64,000 nucleotides of DNA from NCBI GenBank assembly GCA_051532055.1, contig JAOPTX010000044.1, positions 34,945 to 98,944 on the forward strand, written 5' to 3'. Origin of the DNA: Fibrobacterales bacterium (GTDB lineage: Bacteria; Fibrobacterota; Fibrobacteria; Fibrobacterales; JAOPTW01). A program made the translations under genes and the position numbers. Positions 41,111-51,238 of this stretch are shown in pieces; the first letter of the stretch is position 1; each line of letters begins with the position of its first letter. The notes under the pieces are model-generated. The model worked only from the letters and a program-made list of their open reading frames with translations, searched no databases and was not told the DNA's origin.

Positions 41111-42355
41111 ATGAGAACAATGAAATATTTACTTATACTCCTCCTTTTGATCGGTATCGGCTGTGATGGAACTGGATCAACTACCACCCTCGATTCAAAT
41201 CAAACGTCACTTGCCCTAAAAGTATCTGACACTACAATTGTAGCAGATAGTCTCAAGCTTATTATCATCAAAGGGGGGATGGTACTTATGAATGAAGTAA
41301 GTCCTTGGAACAGTGATGAATCATTGGTTCACTTTAAGGATATTCCCTGGGGAGATGATCTTCAGATCGAGTGTTCACTACTCGATGCACAGGGGGTGGT
41401 GCGCTATACTGGAATGGTGGTCACGACTATTGCACAGGGGGAAATACATGAGGTAGAGATACGGTTTAACCCTCATTTTGTAACAGTACATATTGATGTC
41501 CCTGTTGGCCTACGTAATGAACTTGAGATTGCAACAGGACATTTAAATGTACAAGGACTGACACAATACACTACCGTACTTGAAGGGGTGGCCCCAAACC
41601 GATATTTACATATTGATGCTGTTGACTTTGGTGAATATACCGTCATGATTGCACTGTGTAATAGTGAAGGTGATACACTCTATGGGTATGAATCAATGCT
41701 CACCGTAGATGCTGGAACAGAACCTAACCTTTCTATAACAATGCAATCCTTAGTCACTCACTTAAAGGCATCAGTTTCCTTTGAAGAGCCTACGCTCTAC
41801 TCTGGGGGATTGATATTCCCCCAGAGTACCTTGCGCACTCCAACTGAATTTCAGGATGTTGTGATCACCGAATTAATGCCGAACCCTAAAACATCGGGTA
41901 ATGAATATGAGTGGATCGAGCTCTTTAACACGGGAATCGATACTCTTGATCTTACTGGATGTTCCCTCAAAAAGAGTATCAATTCTGAGAGTGCAACAAC
42001 TTCGTTGCCGCTAGAGGAACGGCTCCTTTTACCACCGTCTGCATTTGTGGTACTTAGTCGAGATAGTGTTTCATTTGCCGATTATCACTATGACTCTTTT
42101 ACTCTTTCCAATACTGCGCAAGCGCTTATCCTTAGTTGTGAAAATGGCATAATCGATTCACTTTTTTATAAGAGTGAATCAGATTCTCTTAATCCTTTCC
42201 CCTCTCAAGAAGGTCACTCGTTGGAGTATGGCTTGAAGGATATTGCCCATAGAGGAGATGGTGCGGTGTGGTGTAGTGGGACAAACCCTCTGGTATATAC
42301 CACCGGTCTTGAGAACTTCGGCTCTCCTCATGGTTTTGGGGAGTGTAATGAGTAG
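41111..42355 (+). CDS. Lipoprotein with C-terminal lamin-tail domain
   Basis: Lipobox IGIGC; VVITELMPNP...EWIELFN...LSN...GSP. Confidence 0.7.
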   Translation: MRTMKYLLILLLLIGIGCDGTGSTTTLDSNQTSLALKVSDTTIVADSLKLIIIKGGMVLMNEVSPWNSDESLVHFKDIPWGDDLQIECSLLDAQGVVRYTGMVVTTIAQGEIHEVEIRFNPHFVTVHIDVPVGLRNELEIATGHLNVQGLTQYTTVLEGVAPNRYLHIDAVDFGEYTVMIALCNSEGDTLYGYESMLTVDAGTEPNLSITMQSLVTHLKASVSFEEPTLYSGGLIFPQSTLRTPTEFQDVVITELMPNPKTSGNEYEWIELFNTGIDTLDLTGCSLKKSINSESATTSLPLEERLLLPPSAFVVLSRDSVSFADYHYDSFTLSNTAQALILSCENGIIDSLFYKSESDSLNPFPSQEGHSLEYGLKDIAHRGDGAVWCSGTNPLVYTTGLENFGSPHGFGECNE

Positions 42356-42401
42356 CGAGAACTAAACAATGGCTCTGGGATAATTTACTACATTTTTATC
42401 C

Positions 42402-43853
42402 ATGGCCGAATCAAAATCTTACTCAGTAACGCAATATTGTACCAGCATTCAAAAACTGCTTAAACAACGTGTACCCGAAATATGGGTGCATGGCGTGATC
42501 TCTCAGCTCAATATTCGGGGGCGAGTGGTGTATCTACAAATGGCTGAGTATAAAGAAGATGATTCCAGGCCGGTTTCTACGTTAAGCCTCATGATGTTTA
42601 CCTCTGATTTTGAAGCGATGAATACGCGACTCAGTAAAGAAGTACAGCCCTTTAGGCTTGAAGTCGACCTCAAGGTGTCACTTCTTCTAGAGGCAGATTT
42701 TTATGTGCCTTCAGGGAAGTTTCAAGCACGGATAAAAGATATCGACCCGAACTTTACCTTGGGTGAGCTTGCGGTCACAAGAAAAAAAATTCTCGAAATG
42801 CTGAAGGGCAAAGGGCTTTTTGATAAAAATCGTGAGCATGTACTCTCTATTACTCCTTTAAAGTTGGGACTCATAACTGCAGAAGGATCTGCGGCTCATA
42901 ATGACTTTATGGAGATAATCAATCAGTCAGATTATGCTTTTGATATCCAAGTGGTATCGGCAAAAATGCAAGGGACCGAAACAGAGCCAACGGTATTGAA
43001 AGCGCTCCGGAAATTGGCAAAACAGGACCTTGACGTGGTCTGTATCTGCCGTGGAGGTGGATCAAAAACTGATCTCGTCTATTTTGATAGTGAGGCACTC
43101 TGTGTGGAAATCGCGAACTACCCAATGCCTGTGTTAACCGGGATTGGTCACCAGATTGATACGAGCCTTGTTGACCTTGTGGCGTGGGATAATAAAATTA
43201 CCCCTACGGCATGTGCGCGATTTTTAGTTGAGCAATTAGATGCACAGTGGCAAAAGCTTGTAGAGATAAAACGTGAACTTCGTTATTCTTGGGAGGTGAT
43301 ACTCCAAAGCCAGAGTGATGCAATATATACCGTTGGTAAAGGAATATTGACTCGTGCTCCACAATTAGTGACTCTTGAACGAGAAAAAATTAAACGGCAC
43401 ACTATTGGATTACAGCGGGGGCCTATTAAGCTCATTACGCACCATCAGATTAATTTTGAGTCCGTCCGTTCCAATCTTCACCATACATGGAATAACTTTT
43501 ATCAAACGACTCTTGCTTCTCTTAAAGGGCTTGGGGTGAGCTTGACTCACCAGGTTGATAATCGAATAAAAGAAGAACAGCGGGCTATCATTGGTCATAA
43601 AAGTGATGTTACCAGACGATGGGATCGTGAACGTGATATTAGACAACAAGATTTGAAGGGGAAAGGGGCGCTTTTGCGGTCACTTGATCCCAAAAGAACC
43701 CTTGAACGAGGGTATTCAATTTCAAAAATAGAGAAAAAAGATGGAAAGAGCGCATTAGCCCACTTTTCAGGGCTTAGTGAGGGGGATATCCTTGTCACGG
43801 AGTTTAAAGATGGGGCAGTTTTTTCTAAAATTACCGGCAAAGGGGTGAGTTAA
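42402..43853 (+). CDS. xseA: Exodeoxyribonuclease VII large subunit
   Basis: OB fold, LITA..SAA..D, RGGGS..DL..FD, TGIGH..D, L.RGYS. Confidence 0.93.
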   Translation: MAESKSYSVTQYCTSIQKLLKQRVPEIWVHGVISQLNIRGRVVYLQMAEYKEDDSRPVSTLSLMMFTSDFEAMNTRLSKEVQPFRLEVDLKVSLLLEADFYVPSGKFQARIKDIDPNFTLGELAVTRKKILEMLKGKGLFDKNREHVLSITPLKLGLITAEGSAAHNDFMEIINQSDYAFDIQVVSAKMQGTETEPTVLKALRKLAKQDLDVVCICRGGGSKTDLVYFDSEALCVEIANYPMPVLTGIGHQIDTSLVDLVAWDNKITPTACARFLVEQLDAQWQKLVEIKRELRYSWEVILQSQSDAIYTVGKGILTRAPQLVTLEREKIKRHTIGLQRGPIKLITHHQINFESVRSNLHHTWNNFYQTTLASLKGLGVSLTHQVDNRIKEEQRAIIGHKSDVTRRWDRERDIRQQDLKGKGALLRSLDPKRTLERGYSISKIEKKDGKSALAHFSGLSEGDILVTEFKDGAVFSKITGKGVS

Positions 43854-44068
43854 TGGCTAAAAAAGTAACGTATCAGGAATCAATGGAGCGTCTCGAAGAG
43901 ATCCTCGAAACTATTGATTCATCAGAGGTCAATGTTGATGAACTTGCCGAGCAAGTATCTGAAGCGGCAAACTTGCTCAAGACCTGTAAACAGATTTTAA
44001 CCAAGACCGAGAAAGACGTAACGGCGGCTCTTGAAACCCTCGATGAAGAATTCGACGAAAGTGAGTAA
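43853..44068 (+). CDS. xseB: Exodeoxyribonuclease VII small subunit
   Basis: YQESMERLEEI...L...C...L...E; overlaps the xseA stop. Confidence 0.9.
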   Translation: MAKKVTYQESMERLEEILETIDSSEVNVDELAEQVSEAANLLKTCKQILTKTEKDVTAALETLDEEFDESE

Positions 44069-44071
44069 TAG

Positions 44072-45283
44072 ATGTTAAGTGCAAAAGAACAACTTGAAAT
44101 TTTAAAACGCGGTGTTATTGAGATTGTACCAGAAGATGCATTTGTAAAAAAACTGGAAAAATCTGTTGAAACGGGTAAACCACTCAATATTAAACTCGGT
44201 ATCGATCCAACGTCTCCGGATATTCATCTTGGGTTTACTGTTGTTATGCGCAAGTTGGCAAAATTTCAAGAATTGGGACATCAAGTAACCCTAATTATTG
44301 GTGACTATACGGCAACAATTGGTGATCCGTCAGGAAAAAACAAGACGCGTCCCCGTATTTCTCATGCAGAGGTTATGGAGCTGGCTGAGACGTATAAACA
44401 GCAGTTTTTTAAAATTGTCGATGAAGACAAAACTAATGTTGTATATAATGGTGACTGGTTTCGTGAGCTTAAATTTGATAAAGTAGCAGAACTCATGTCA
44501 CAAATTACTGTTGCTCAAATGCTTGAACGTCAGGACTTTCAAAATCGTTATAAAAATGGCCAACCAATCTCTCTTCACGAGTTCATGTATCCAATGATGC
44601 AAGGGTATGATTCAGTGGTTATAAAGTCTGATGTTGAAATTGGCGGGACTGATCAAAAATTTAATGTCCTACGTGGACGTGAACTACAGGCAGCGCGGGA
44701 CGAAGAACCACAGGTAGGCCTCTTTATGCCTATTTTACTTGGTACATGCGGACGTGAGAAAATGTCGAAAAGTCTCGGTAACTATGTCGGGATTAATGAG
44801 TCTCCTCAGACAATGTACCATAAAATTTATAACATCCCTGATGCACTGATTGAAAATTGGTATGAATTATTAACCGATCAATCAATTGAAGATATCAAAG
44901 CTATGATGAGGGGTATCGAAGATGGTTCAGTAAATCCGAATCAAGCGAAAATTGACCTTGCCATTGATATTGTCTCCCAGTATTATGGTGTTGATGCGGC
45001 TAAAGAGGCGCAAGAGGCTGAGAAAAAAATTCATAGTGGAAGTGCCATCCCTGATGATGCACCTGAATTTCAATTCCCCGCCGGTGATATGGGGCTTCTC
45101 GCTCTCCTTCTTGAGGTGAAAGCGTTTAATTCTAAAGGTGAAGCACGTCGAATGATTCAGAATGGCGGAGTTAAATTTAACGGAGAAAAATTGACTGATC
45201 CTGGATCAACGGTTGTTATCGTTGAAGGAATGGCACTCGTTATTCAGGTAGGGAAACGTAAGTTTTTTAAAGTGAATCACTAG
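44072..45283 (+). CDS. tyrS: Tyrosine--tRNA ligase
   Basis: GIDPT..DIHLG, YPMMQGYDS, GGTDQ, KMSKS, C-terminal S4 domain. Confidence 0.97.
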   Translation: MLSAKEQLEILKRGVIEIVPEDAFVKKLEKSVETGKPLNIKLGIDPTSPDIHLGFTVVMRKLAKFQELGHQVTLIIGDYTATIGDPSGKNKTRPRISHAEVMELAETYKQQFFKIVDEDKTNVVYNGDWFRELKFDKVAELMSQITVAQMLERQDFQNRYKNGQPISLHEFMYPMMQGYDSVVIKSDVEIGGTDQKFNVLRGRELQAARDEEPQVGLFMPILLGTCGREKMSKSLGNYVGINESPQTMYHKIYNIPDALIENWYELLTDQSIEDIKAMMRGIEDGSVNPNQAKIDLAIDIVSQYYGVDAAKEAQEAEKKIHSGSAIPDDAPEFQFPAGDMGLLALLLEVKAFNSKGEARRMIQNGGVKFNGEKLTDPGSTVVIVEGMALVIQVGKRKFFKVNH

Positions 45284-45307
45284 ATAACTTAACTATCTAT
45301 CTATTTG

Positions 45308-45339
45308 AAAAGAGTCTACTTCGGTAGGCTCTTTTTTTT
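45308..45339 (+). terminator. Intrinsic terminator after tyrS
   Basis: AGAGTCTAC-TTCG-GTAGGCTCT followed by a T run. Confidence 0.9.
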
Positions 45340-45519
45340 ATGGATACTTATTCTGGAAATATGTTAAAACGGACTTAAATACAGTAAAAAAGAGCTTTTA
45401 TATTGAAGCTAAATACACGTTTGGTATTAAAGAATATGACAACAAATATTGAATTTAGACCCAATGTCGCAATTCTAATTTTCCTATATTGTTTTATGAA
45501 AATAATATAAGGATTAGTA

Positions 45520-46179
45520 ATGAAATTCATTTTTGCCATAGCCATACTCTCACTTGTCATTGTCGGATGTAAAGAAGAAAAAATCAGAACATACACTGAA
45601 AAACCTGCATCAATGGCACCACAGCCACCAACTGATCAGAAGGATATGCCAAAGATGCCTGCAGGGCACCCACCTATAGATCAAAATAGCCCGAGTATGG
45701 GCGCCGCCCCCCAAGGAGCGCCTACTAGAACAGCCAATGATACACGTCCAAAATTTAGTTGGAAACTCCCTAAAGGGTGGTTGGTTCAAGAAGGTGGCGG
45801 TATGATCACAGCAACCTATTTTCCAGACGATGGGACAAACAGTTTCAAAGCAACTCTTATAATTTTAGGGGGGATGGCAGGAGGAGTCGATGCTAATCTT
45901 GAACGATGGCTTGGACAAATTGGACTCCCTTCTGATCCTGGGACTATTGCAAAAGTAAAAAATGGGGCTACTCAGGTAGCAGGGGTTAATGTTAAAGGAA
46001 GTCTTTATGATCTTACCTTACAGGCAACTCAAGAAAAAACCTTTCTCGTAACGATTCTTCCAGTTGAGGAGTATTCGGTATTTGTCAAGTTCATGGCTGC
46101 ACCTGATGTGGCAAAAGCTCAAAAACAGAATTTCACCGCACTACTTAACTCACTGGAGTATACTGCAAATGGCAATTAG
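45520..46179 (+). CDS. Lipoprotein heading the cytochrome c maturation operon
   Basis: Lipobox IVGC, Met/Pro-rich MPKMPAGHPP linker, WKLPKGW and GGVDANLERWLGQIGL motifs. Confidence 0.7.
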   Translation: MKFIFAIAILSLVIVGCKEEKIRTYTEKPASMAPQPPTDQKDMPKMPAGHPPIDQNSPSMGAAPQGAPTRTANDTRPKFSWKLPKGWLVQEGGGMITATYFPDDGTNSFKATLIILGGMAGGVDANLERWLGQIGLPSDPGTIAKVKNGATQVAGVNVKGSLYDLTLQATQEKTFLVTILPVEEYSVFVKFMAAPDVAKAQKQNFTALLNSLEYTANGN

Positions 46180-47344
46180 CACCCTCCGGACTAAAATTAG
46201 AAGAAACAAAGTAATGAAAGTATTAACATCACTCTCCTTAACGACTGTGTGTTTAATACTGCTGCTGATTCTCACTTTTTTTGGAACCCTGTATCAGACT
46301 GATAATGGGCTCTATAGAGCCCAACAGGTCTTTTTTAACTCGTGGTTTCTCTTTTTTCCTTTTCCAGGGGCAAAGCTTGTATTGATGATACTCGGAGTAA
46401 ACTTATTAAGTGTACTCCTCCTCGTATTAAAATACAGTTGGAAAAAGTCTGGTCTAGTCTTGATGCACTGGGGGCTTACGCTTCTGGTAGTTGGGTCTGG
46501 CATTACGTACTATTTTGCACAAGAGTCGATCCTCACTCTTTCTGAAGGTGAAGTTAAGACGTCTTCGGTTATTAATAGTATATGGGAACTTAAGGTATCT
46601 CAGGAGCGCAATGGTGAAAAAATAACAACAGCTGTAAGCGTTGACCTTCTAAAGCCAGGAACACCCATTGCCCTAGAAGCCCAAGGAGTGACGGTAGTAC
46701 CCGAAGTCTATTATATAAATGCTGGAGCCTTTCAAGATACTACTGGCTGGCAACAGCGTGAAGGTGTATTGCCTGTAAATTTAAATGCACAAAAAAAATA
46801 TATAAATGGGTCGGGAATTACCTCTATCAGAGAGCGGGAGCCTGTTCCTGAAATTTCACAGAATATTCCCGGAATGCTTTTTTTGACTGGCACTCTTGAT
46901 AACAGTGGCACGAAGGAAAAAGTACTCTTGTCGGGATATGAAACTGAACCAACAATGGTAACGATTGGGAGTAAGGACTATTGGTTTCATCTTTCAAGAA
47001 CAACGGTACCACTTCCTATTGCAATAAAGCTTATTGATTTCGTGAAAACTGATCATCCGGGAATCTCAATGGCAAAAGCCTATGAGAGTACTGTGGCTAT
47101 CGAAGAGAACGGAATTCAACGTGAGCTTAAAATTTCTATGAATGAACCACTGAGAACTCATGGATTTACTTTTTTCCAATCATCATTTTCTAAAGATGGT
47201 ATGGGGCGTGAAGTCTCTATTTTTCAAGTAGTTGAGAATCCAGGACGAGTAATTCCCTATCTATCGAGTATAATAATCGGATTTGGTTTGTTACTTCACT
47301 TTATTTTACTCTTGATTAACCGCCTTAAAAAGGAGCGAGTATGA
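46169..47344 (+). CDS. ResB/CcsB-like cytochrome c biogenesis protein
   Basis: Three N-terminal TM helices (GTLYQ, HWG), LP..IKL.DF, ISMNEPL...G..FFQSSF, C-terminal TM. Confidence 0.85.
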   Translation: MAISTLRTKIRRNKVMKVLTSLSLTTVCLILLLILTFFGTLYQTDNGLYRAQQVFFNSWFLFFPFPGAKLVLMILGVNLLSVLLLVLKYSWKKSGLVLMHWGLTLLVVGSGITYYFAQESILTLSEGEVKTSSVINSIWELKVSQERNGEKITTAVSVDLLKPGTPIALEAQGVTVVPEVYYINAGAFQDTTGWQQREGVLPVNLNAQKKYINGSGITSIREREPVPEISQNIPGMLFLTGTLDNSGTKEKVLLSGYETEPTMVTIGSKDYWFHLSRTTVPLPIAIKLIDFVKTDHPGISMAKAYESTVAIEENGIQRELKISMNEPLRTHGFTFFQSSFSKDGMGREVSIFQVVENPGRVIPYLSSIIIGFGLLLHFILLLINRLKKERV

Positions 47345-49197
47345 AATTAATACTATTACTCAGCTTATTTATTTCAGTTACTTTTGCACAGTTTCCTCAA
47401 TTTGATTATAGCAGCTATGGTAATCTTCTCATTCAGAATGAAGGGCGGTATAAACCACTTGACTCCTATGCACGACATATGCTTTTGGAGTATTCGGGTA
47501 AGAGTACTATCAAGATTGAAGGTGAAAAATATTCAGCCCTTGATTGGATGAATATGGTGATTTTTAATCACCCATTGGCGAGTAGTGCTCAATGCTTTCT
47601 CATTAATAATCCTCAGGTAGTTGATGCCTATGGGGTAAAGAGGAATACGCATCGAACGTACTCATATACAGATCTACTCCCGGCTCAGCAGCGCATTACT
47701 GAGCTTGCTCAAGCAGTGATGCAGGTGGATTCAAAAAAGCGAAGTGATGTAGAGCGAGAGTTCTTACGGGTCTATTCACTCTTTCAAAAACTCCAAGAGC
47801 ATAGTGCAGCATTTACTTTTGCACAAAAGCATGAGACTTTTCGTGTCAAAACACAGGAGACCGCAAACCTGTTAGCTCTTGATACGGGGCTCTATAGTTA
47901 TTTAGAGATACGAGAGAAGGCCGATACATTGTCACGACTTATTGAGAGTATTTCAAAAAAAACGGTTGAGAATTGGACTACTTCTGATAGCACGTTGTCA
48001 CTTTTCTCTTATGCTCTGTATGAGTGGACTGAGTTTTATAAGGGAAATCAATTTGGAGTAATACCAGCCTTATTGGATAAAGAGTATTGGCTGAGTCCAT
48101 GGGCAATCATTGGTCATAGATTAACCGATCGTAAAGAGCTTTTGAGTGCATTAGAACAGTGGACAGCTTTGGCTCAAAGCTTTAATAGAGGGGATGCCGC
48201 TGCTTTTGCAGAGGCTTCACTTACAGCAGTAACTGCAGAACGAGGTCGGTATCCTGATATACGTTACTCGGCAATTGATCTCGAAGTCACTTACAATAGT
48301 TGGGATTTCTTTTATAAAGCTAAAATACTCTTTGGCTTTGGATTGCTCCTTGCGCTTCTTGCCCTTGTAGTAAAAGCTAAGGTATGTAATAGACTAAGCT
48401 TTTGGCTGCTGTTCTCTGGTACCGTTTTTGGAATAGTTGGTATTGGTTTTAGAATGTATATTAGTCAACGTCCACCAGTGACGAATCTTTTTGAGACCTT
48501 TATATTCACGGGTACCGTTACGGCACTTATTGGTATTCTTGTTGAGAAGTATCAAAAGAATGGTAATGGGAATTTAATTGGAACACTCACCGCATTGATA
48601 CTTTTCCTCATTTCGGGTAAGTATAGTTCGCAGGGTGATACCATGGGTGTACTTGTTGCAGTTCTTGATTCAAACTTTTGGCTTGCCACTCATGTGATAA
48701 CCATTTCACTTGGGTATGCAGGGTGTGTTGCTGCAGGGGTTATGGGGCATGTATATCTTATGCAACGGCTTTTTGGAAAATCAAAAGAGGATCTGACCAA
48801 AACCTATAAAACTCTTTTTGGAATTTTGGGATTTGGCCTCACTCTCTCATTTATCGGTACGGTTCTTGGCGGTATCTGGGCAGATCAATCCTGGGGTAGA
48901 TTTTGGGGTTGGGATCCAAAAGAAAATGGTGCACTGCTTATTGTTCTTTGGAGTGCGATAATTTTTCACATGCGTATTGCGGGTTGGGTTAAAGAACTTG
49001 GAGTTGCTATAGCGTCAGTCATTGGTATTATTATGGTGATGCTTGCATGGTTTGGTATCAATCTCCTTGGTGTTGGTCTCCATTCTTATGGCTTTACCAC
49101 CGGAATCGCTTTTAATCTCATACTCTATATTAGTCTTCAGGTTGTATTTCTTTTGGTGGTAGTACCATTGATTATACGGAAAGAACGGAAAGCTTAA
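47341..49197 (+). CDS. ccsA: Cytochrome c synthase CcsA/ResC (system II) with large periplasmic N-domain
   Basis: GRYKPLDS, RPPVTNLFE, FWLATHV, WWD domain WADQSWGRFWGWDPKE, GLHSYG. Confidence 0.92.
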   Translation: MKLILLLSLFISVTFAQFPQFDYSSYGNLLIQNEGRYKPLDSYARHMLLEYSGKSTIKIEGEKYSALDWMNMVIFNHPLASSAQCFLINNPQVVDAYGVKRNTHRTYSYTDLLPAQQRITELAQAVMQVDSKKRSDVEREFLRVYSLFQKLQEHSAAFTFAQKHETFRVKTQETANLLALDTGLYSYLEIREKADTLSRLIESISKKTVENWTTSDSTLSLFSYALYEWTEFYKGNQFGVIPALLDKEYWLSPWAIIGHRLTDRKELLSALEQWTALAQSFNRGDAAAFAEASLTAVTAERGRYPDIRYSAIDLEVTYNSWDFFYKAKILFGFGLLLALLALVVKAKVCNRLSFWLLFSGTVFGIVGIGFRMYISQRPPVTNLFETFIFTGTVTALIGILVEKYQKNGNGNLIGTLTALILFLISGKYSSQGDTMGVLVAVLDSNFWLATHVITISLGYAGCVAAGVMGHVYLMQRLFGKSKEDLTKTYKTLFGILGFGLTLSFIGTVLGGIWADQSWGRFWGWDPKENGALLIVLWSAIIFHMRIAGWVKELGVAIASVIGIIMVMLAWFGINLLGVGLHSYGFTTGIAFNLILYISLQVVFLLVVVPLIIRKERKA

Positions 49198-49218
49198 TCT
49201 ACTCAAAACAAATATTAG

Positions 49219-49247
49219 AAGCACTTCATTTTTGGAGTGCTTTTTTT
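49219..49247 (+). terminator. Intrinsic terminator after ccsA
   Basis: AAGCACTTCA...TGGAGTGCTT followed by a T run. Confidence 0.75.
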
Positions 49248-49380
49248 GTCTCTTAAGTTATGTATCTAATATGGTGTGGATATGAGATAGGGAGAGTTGT
49301 TCTTCCTGTTGTATGTCATACCTATACTCGTTCCGTATAAGGGTAGGAGAGGATACTTATTATGTGAAAAGAGGAGATAT

Positions 49381-49413
49381 AAAAAAAGGGTGATCAACGA
49401 TCACCCTTTTTTT
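49381..49413. terminator. Bidirectional terminator ending the hexaheme cytochrome gene
   Basis: AAAAAAAGGGTGATC-AAC-GATCACCCTTTTTTT. Confidence 0.9.
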
Positions 49414-49427
49414 GAGTTCTTATCTAA

Positions 49428-50573
49428 TTAAGGATTAAGTGCTTTGATTGTGTTATTCAACACACTTCTTATAAAAGTAGGATTGTGAACACCTTTCGAT
49501 TGGTCTTCTATGATTAATTTGTAGTTCCAAACTGCACCAGCTTCTGTGCCGATAACTTTTTTGCTCACTGCTTTTGCTGTGATCACACCAGTATCAGAAG
49601 TGTCTGCCGTGGCTAACCCTTTACCTATTAGAAGAGTTTCAACTGAATCTATGAGTGTTTGAATGTCAGTTTGAAGTGCCGTAATTTTTAAACTGAGGGT
49701 ATCAGCATCAGTATGACATGTTGCACAGCCAACAAGGTTCATAGTTGTATCTGTATTGAGCATGCCAAATTGGTGTCCACCAGATTCAGTTGAGTTTCTG
49801 TCTGCTTCATTTGCCATGTGACATGTTACACAAGCATTTGGTATGTTTGCATGGCTATATGCTGCTTTTGCAATGGTGTCACCGGTAAAGAGGAATGATG
49901 CAACTGAGTTAAGAGTTGCTGATTGTGGTCCGTGGTGTGGTCCATAATATGCACTGATTGAAACTGAATCTGTTGCAACCGGTACGGTTTTTCGTGGTTG
50001 ATGGCATGATGCACATACATTTGCAGTACCGTAGGTATATTTAGTTTGATTGAGGACCATGAGTACGCTATCAGTTGGAATTATAGTAAGAGCCCAGTCT
50101 GTACTATCATATGCATTGTGAATATTGTGACAAGTACGACAGTTTGGCTGTGTTGGAATTTCAAAAGCGGCAACAGTGCCTTCAACGGTAGTTCCTGCAG
50201 AATCGATAACTTCTTTATACCCTTCGTGAGTGTGACAACCAGCGCAGCTCGTTCTATTGCCATAAACGGCATGTCCACCTGTTGCATGAGTAGACATTGC
50301 ATACTGCTGTTGACGGGCAATGAGTTCGGTACCATCATTATGACAGGTCTTACATTGAGTTGCGTCAACTCCATCGGTACCGTTTGTACCATTCGTACCA
50401 TTAGTGCCATTACTAATGACGGTGGTGTCTGTCCCACAAATGACCGAAACAGTGAGGCTATCTGCATTATCAATGGTGATACAACCTGTACCGGCTGTTC
50501 CTATTTCACCTTCTAGACACCCTAACAAAAGGATTGCAGTGGCAAAAACCAAGATGACTAATTTTATATTCAT
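49428..50573 (-). CDS. Hexaheme c-type cytochrome lipoprotein
   Basis: Lipobox LLLGC; CKTCH, CAGCH, CRTCH, CASCH, CVTCH, CATCH; C-terminal helices with DQSKGVHNP. Confidence 0.9.
   Translation of the reverse strand: MNIKLVILVFATAILLLGCLEGEIGTAGTGCITIDNADSLTVSVICGTDTTVISNGTNGTNGTNGTDGVDATQCKTCHNDGTELIARQQQYAMSTHATGGHAVYGNRTSCAGCHTHEGYKEVIDSAGTTVEGTVAAFEIPTQPNCRTCHNIHNAYDSTDWALTIIPTDSVLMVLNQTKYTYGTANVCASCHQPRKTVPVATDSVSISAYYGPHHGPQSATLNSVASFLFTGDTIAKAAYSHANIPNACVTCHMANEADRNSTESGGHQFGMLNTDTTMNLVGCATCHTDADTLSLKITALQTDIQTLIDSVETLLIGKGLATADTSDTGVITAKAVSKKVIGTEAGAVWNYKLIIEDQSKGVHNPTFIRSVLNNTIKALNP
50371..50411 (-). repeat. Gly-Thr-Asn triplet (collagen-like) repeat in the cytochrome linker
   Basis: Encodes NGTNGTNGTNGTDG. 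Confidence 0.75.
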
Positions 50574-50617
50574 GATAATTCCTTTATAGTATTCTTATGT
50601 ATATACATGTTATATAA

Positions 50618-50633
50618 AGCAAAATACGTACCT
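50618..50633 (-). promoter_or_regulatory. Sigma54 (-24/-12) promoter of the hexaheme cytochrome gene
   Basis: Minus strand reads AGGTACG-TATT-TTGCT (GG-N10-GC). Confidence 0.75.
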
Positions 50634-50691
50634 AAAATTAGACTTGAAAGGGGGCAATTGTTACTTAGTTAATACCATAATTGAGTAACAA

Positions 50692-50705
50692 CACCATATT
50701 TGGTG
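50692..50705. promoter_or_regulatory. Putative upstream activator site
   Basis: CACCA-TATT-TGGTG palindrome, same core as at 52921-52948. Confidence 0.65.
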
Positions 50706-50863
50706 ACAAATGGAGAGCCTGTGTTGTCTTAAGAGAATTAAGGAGTGGATACTCAAATACTATTTAATTCAAAGGTATTATGTCAATTGTTGTATTTTAA
50801 GAATTTAGTGCTATACTAATAGTTAATGGCTATTTGATATGCTTTCCTTACGAAAGGTTAATT

Positions 50864-51238
50864 ATGAAAATCATTACAGTAATTGCCCCAATTGTTTTAT
50901 TGGGAATTATATCATGTTCAGACGATGTAACAATAAACCCATCAATAAGTTCTAACCAAGAACAGCGGTTTTCAAGTACTGCACTTCCAGAATCGAAATT
51001 TTATAGTTGTTTGACAAATGATAGTCTTGGGAAGTTATCGAGTTGTATCTATTATACTAGTTTTCCTCAATTTTTATTCCATTCTGTCGAGGAAGCTTGT
51101 TCTGGGACCTTTGCTGTAAGTGAATGTCCTGCTGATGCAGTAATTACCTGTAAAAAAGTGAGTGAGGAGTGGCTTGATAAGCAAGTATTTTTTTACTCGT
51201 CAACATTCAGCAATGAAGATTGCCCAGCTGATCATTAG
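50864..51238 (+). CDS. Small Cys-rich lipoprotein, no heme motif
   Basis: Lipobox IISC; six further Cys; AAAGG RBS. Confidence 0.55.
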   Translation: MKIITVIAPIVLLGIISCSDDVTINPSISSNQEQRFSSTALPESKFYSCLTNDSLGKLSSCIYYTSFPQFLFHSVEEACSGTFAVSECPADAVITCKKVSEEWLDKQVFFYSSTFSNEDCPADH

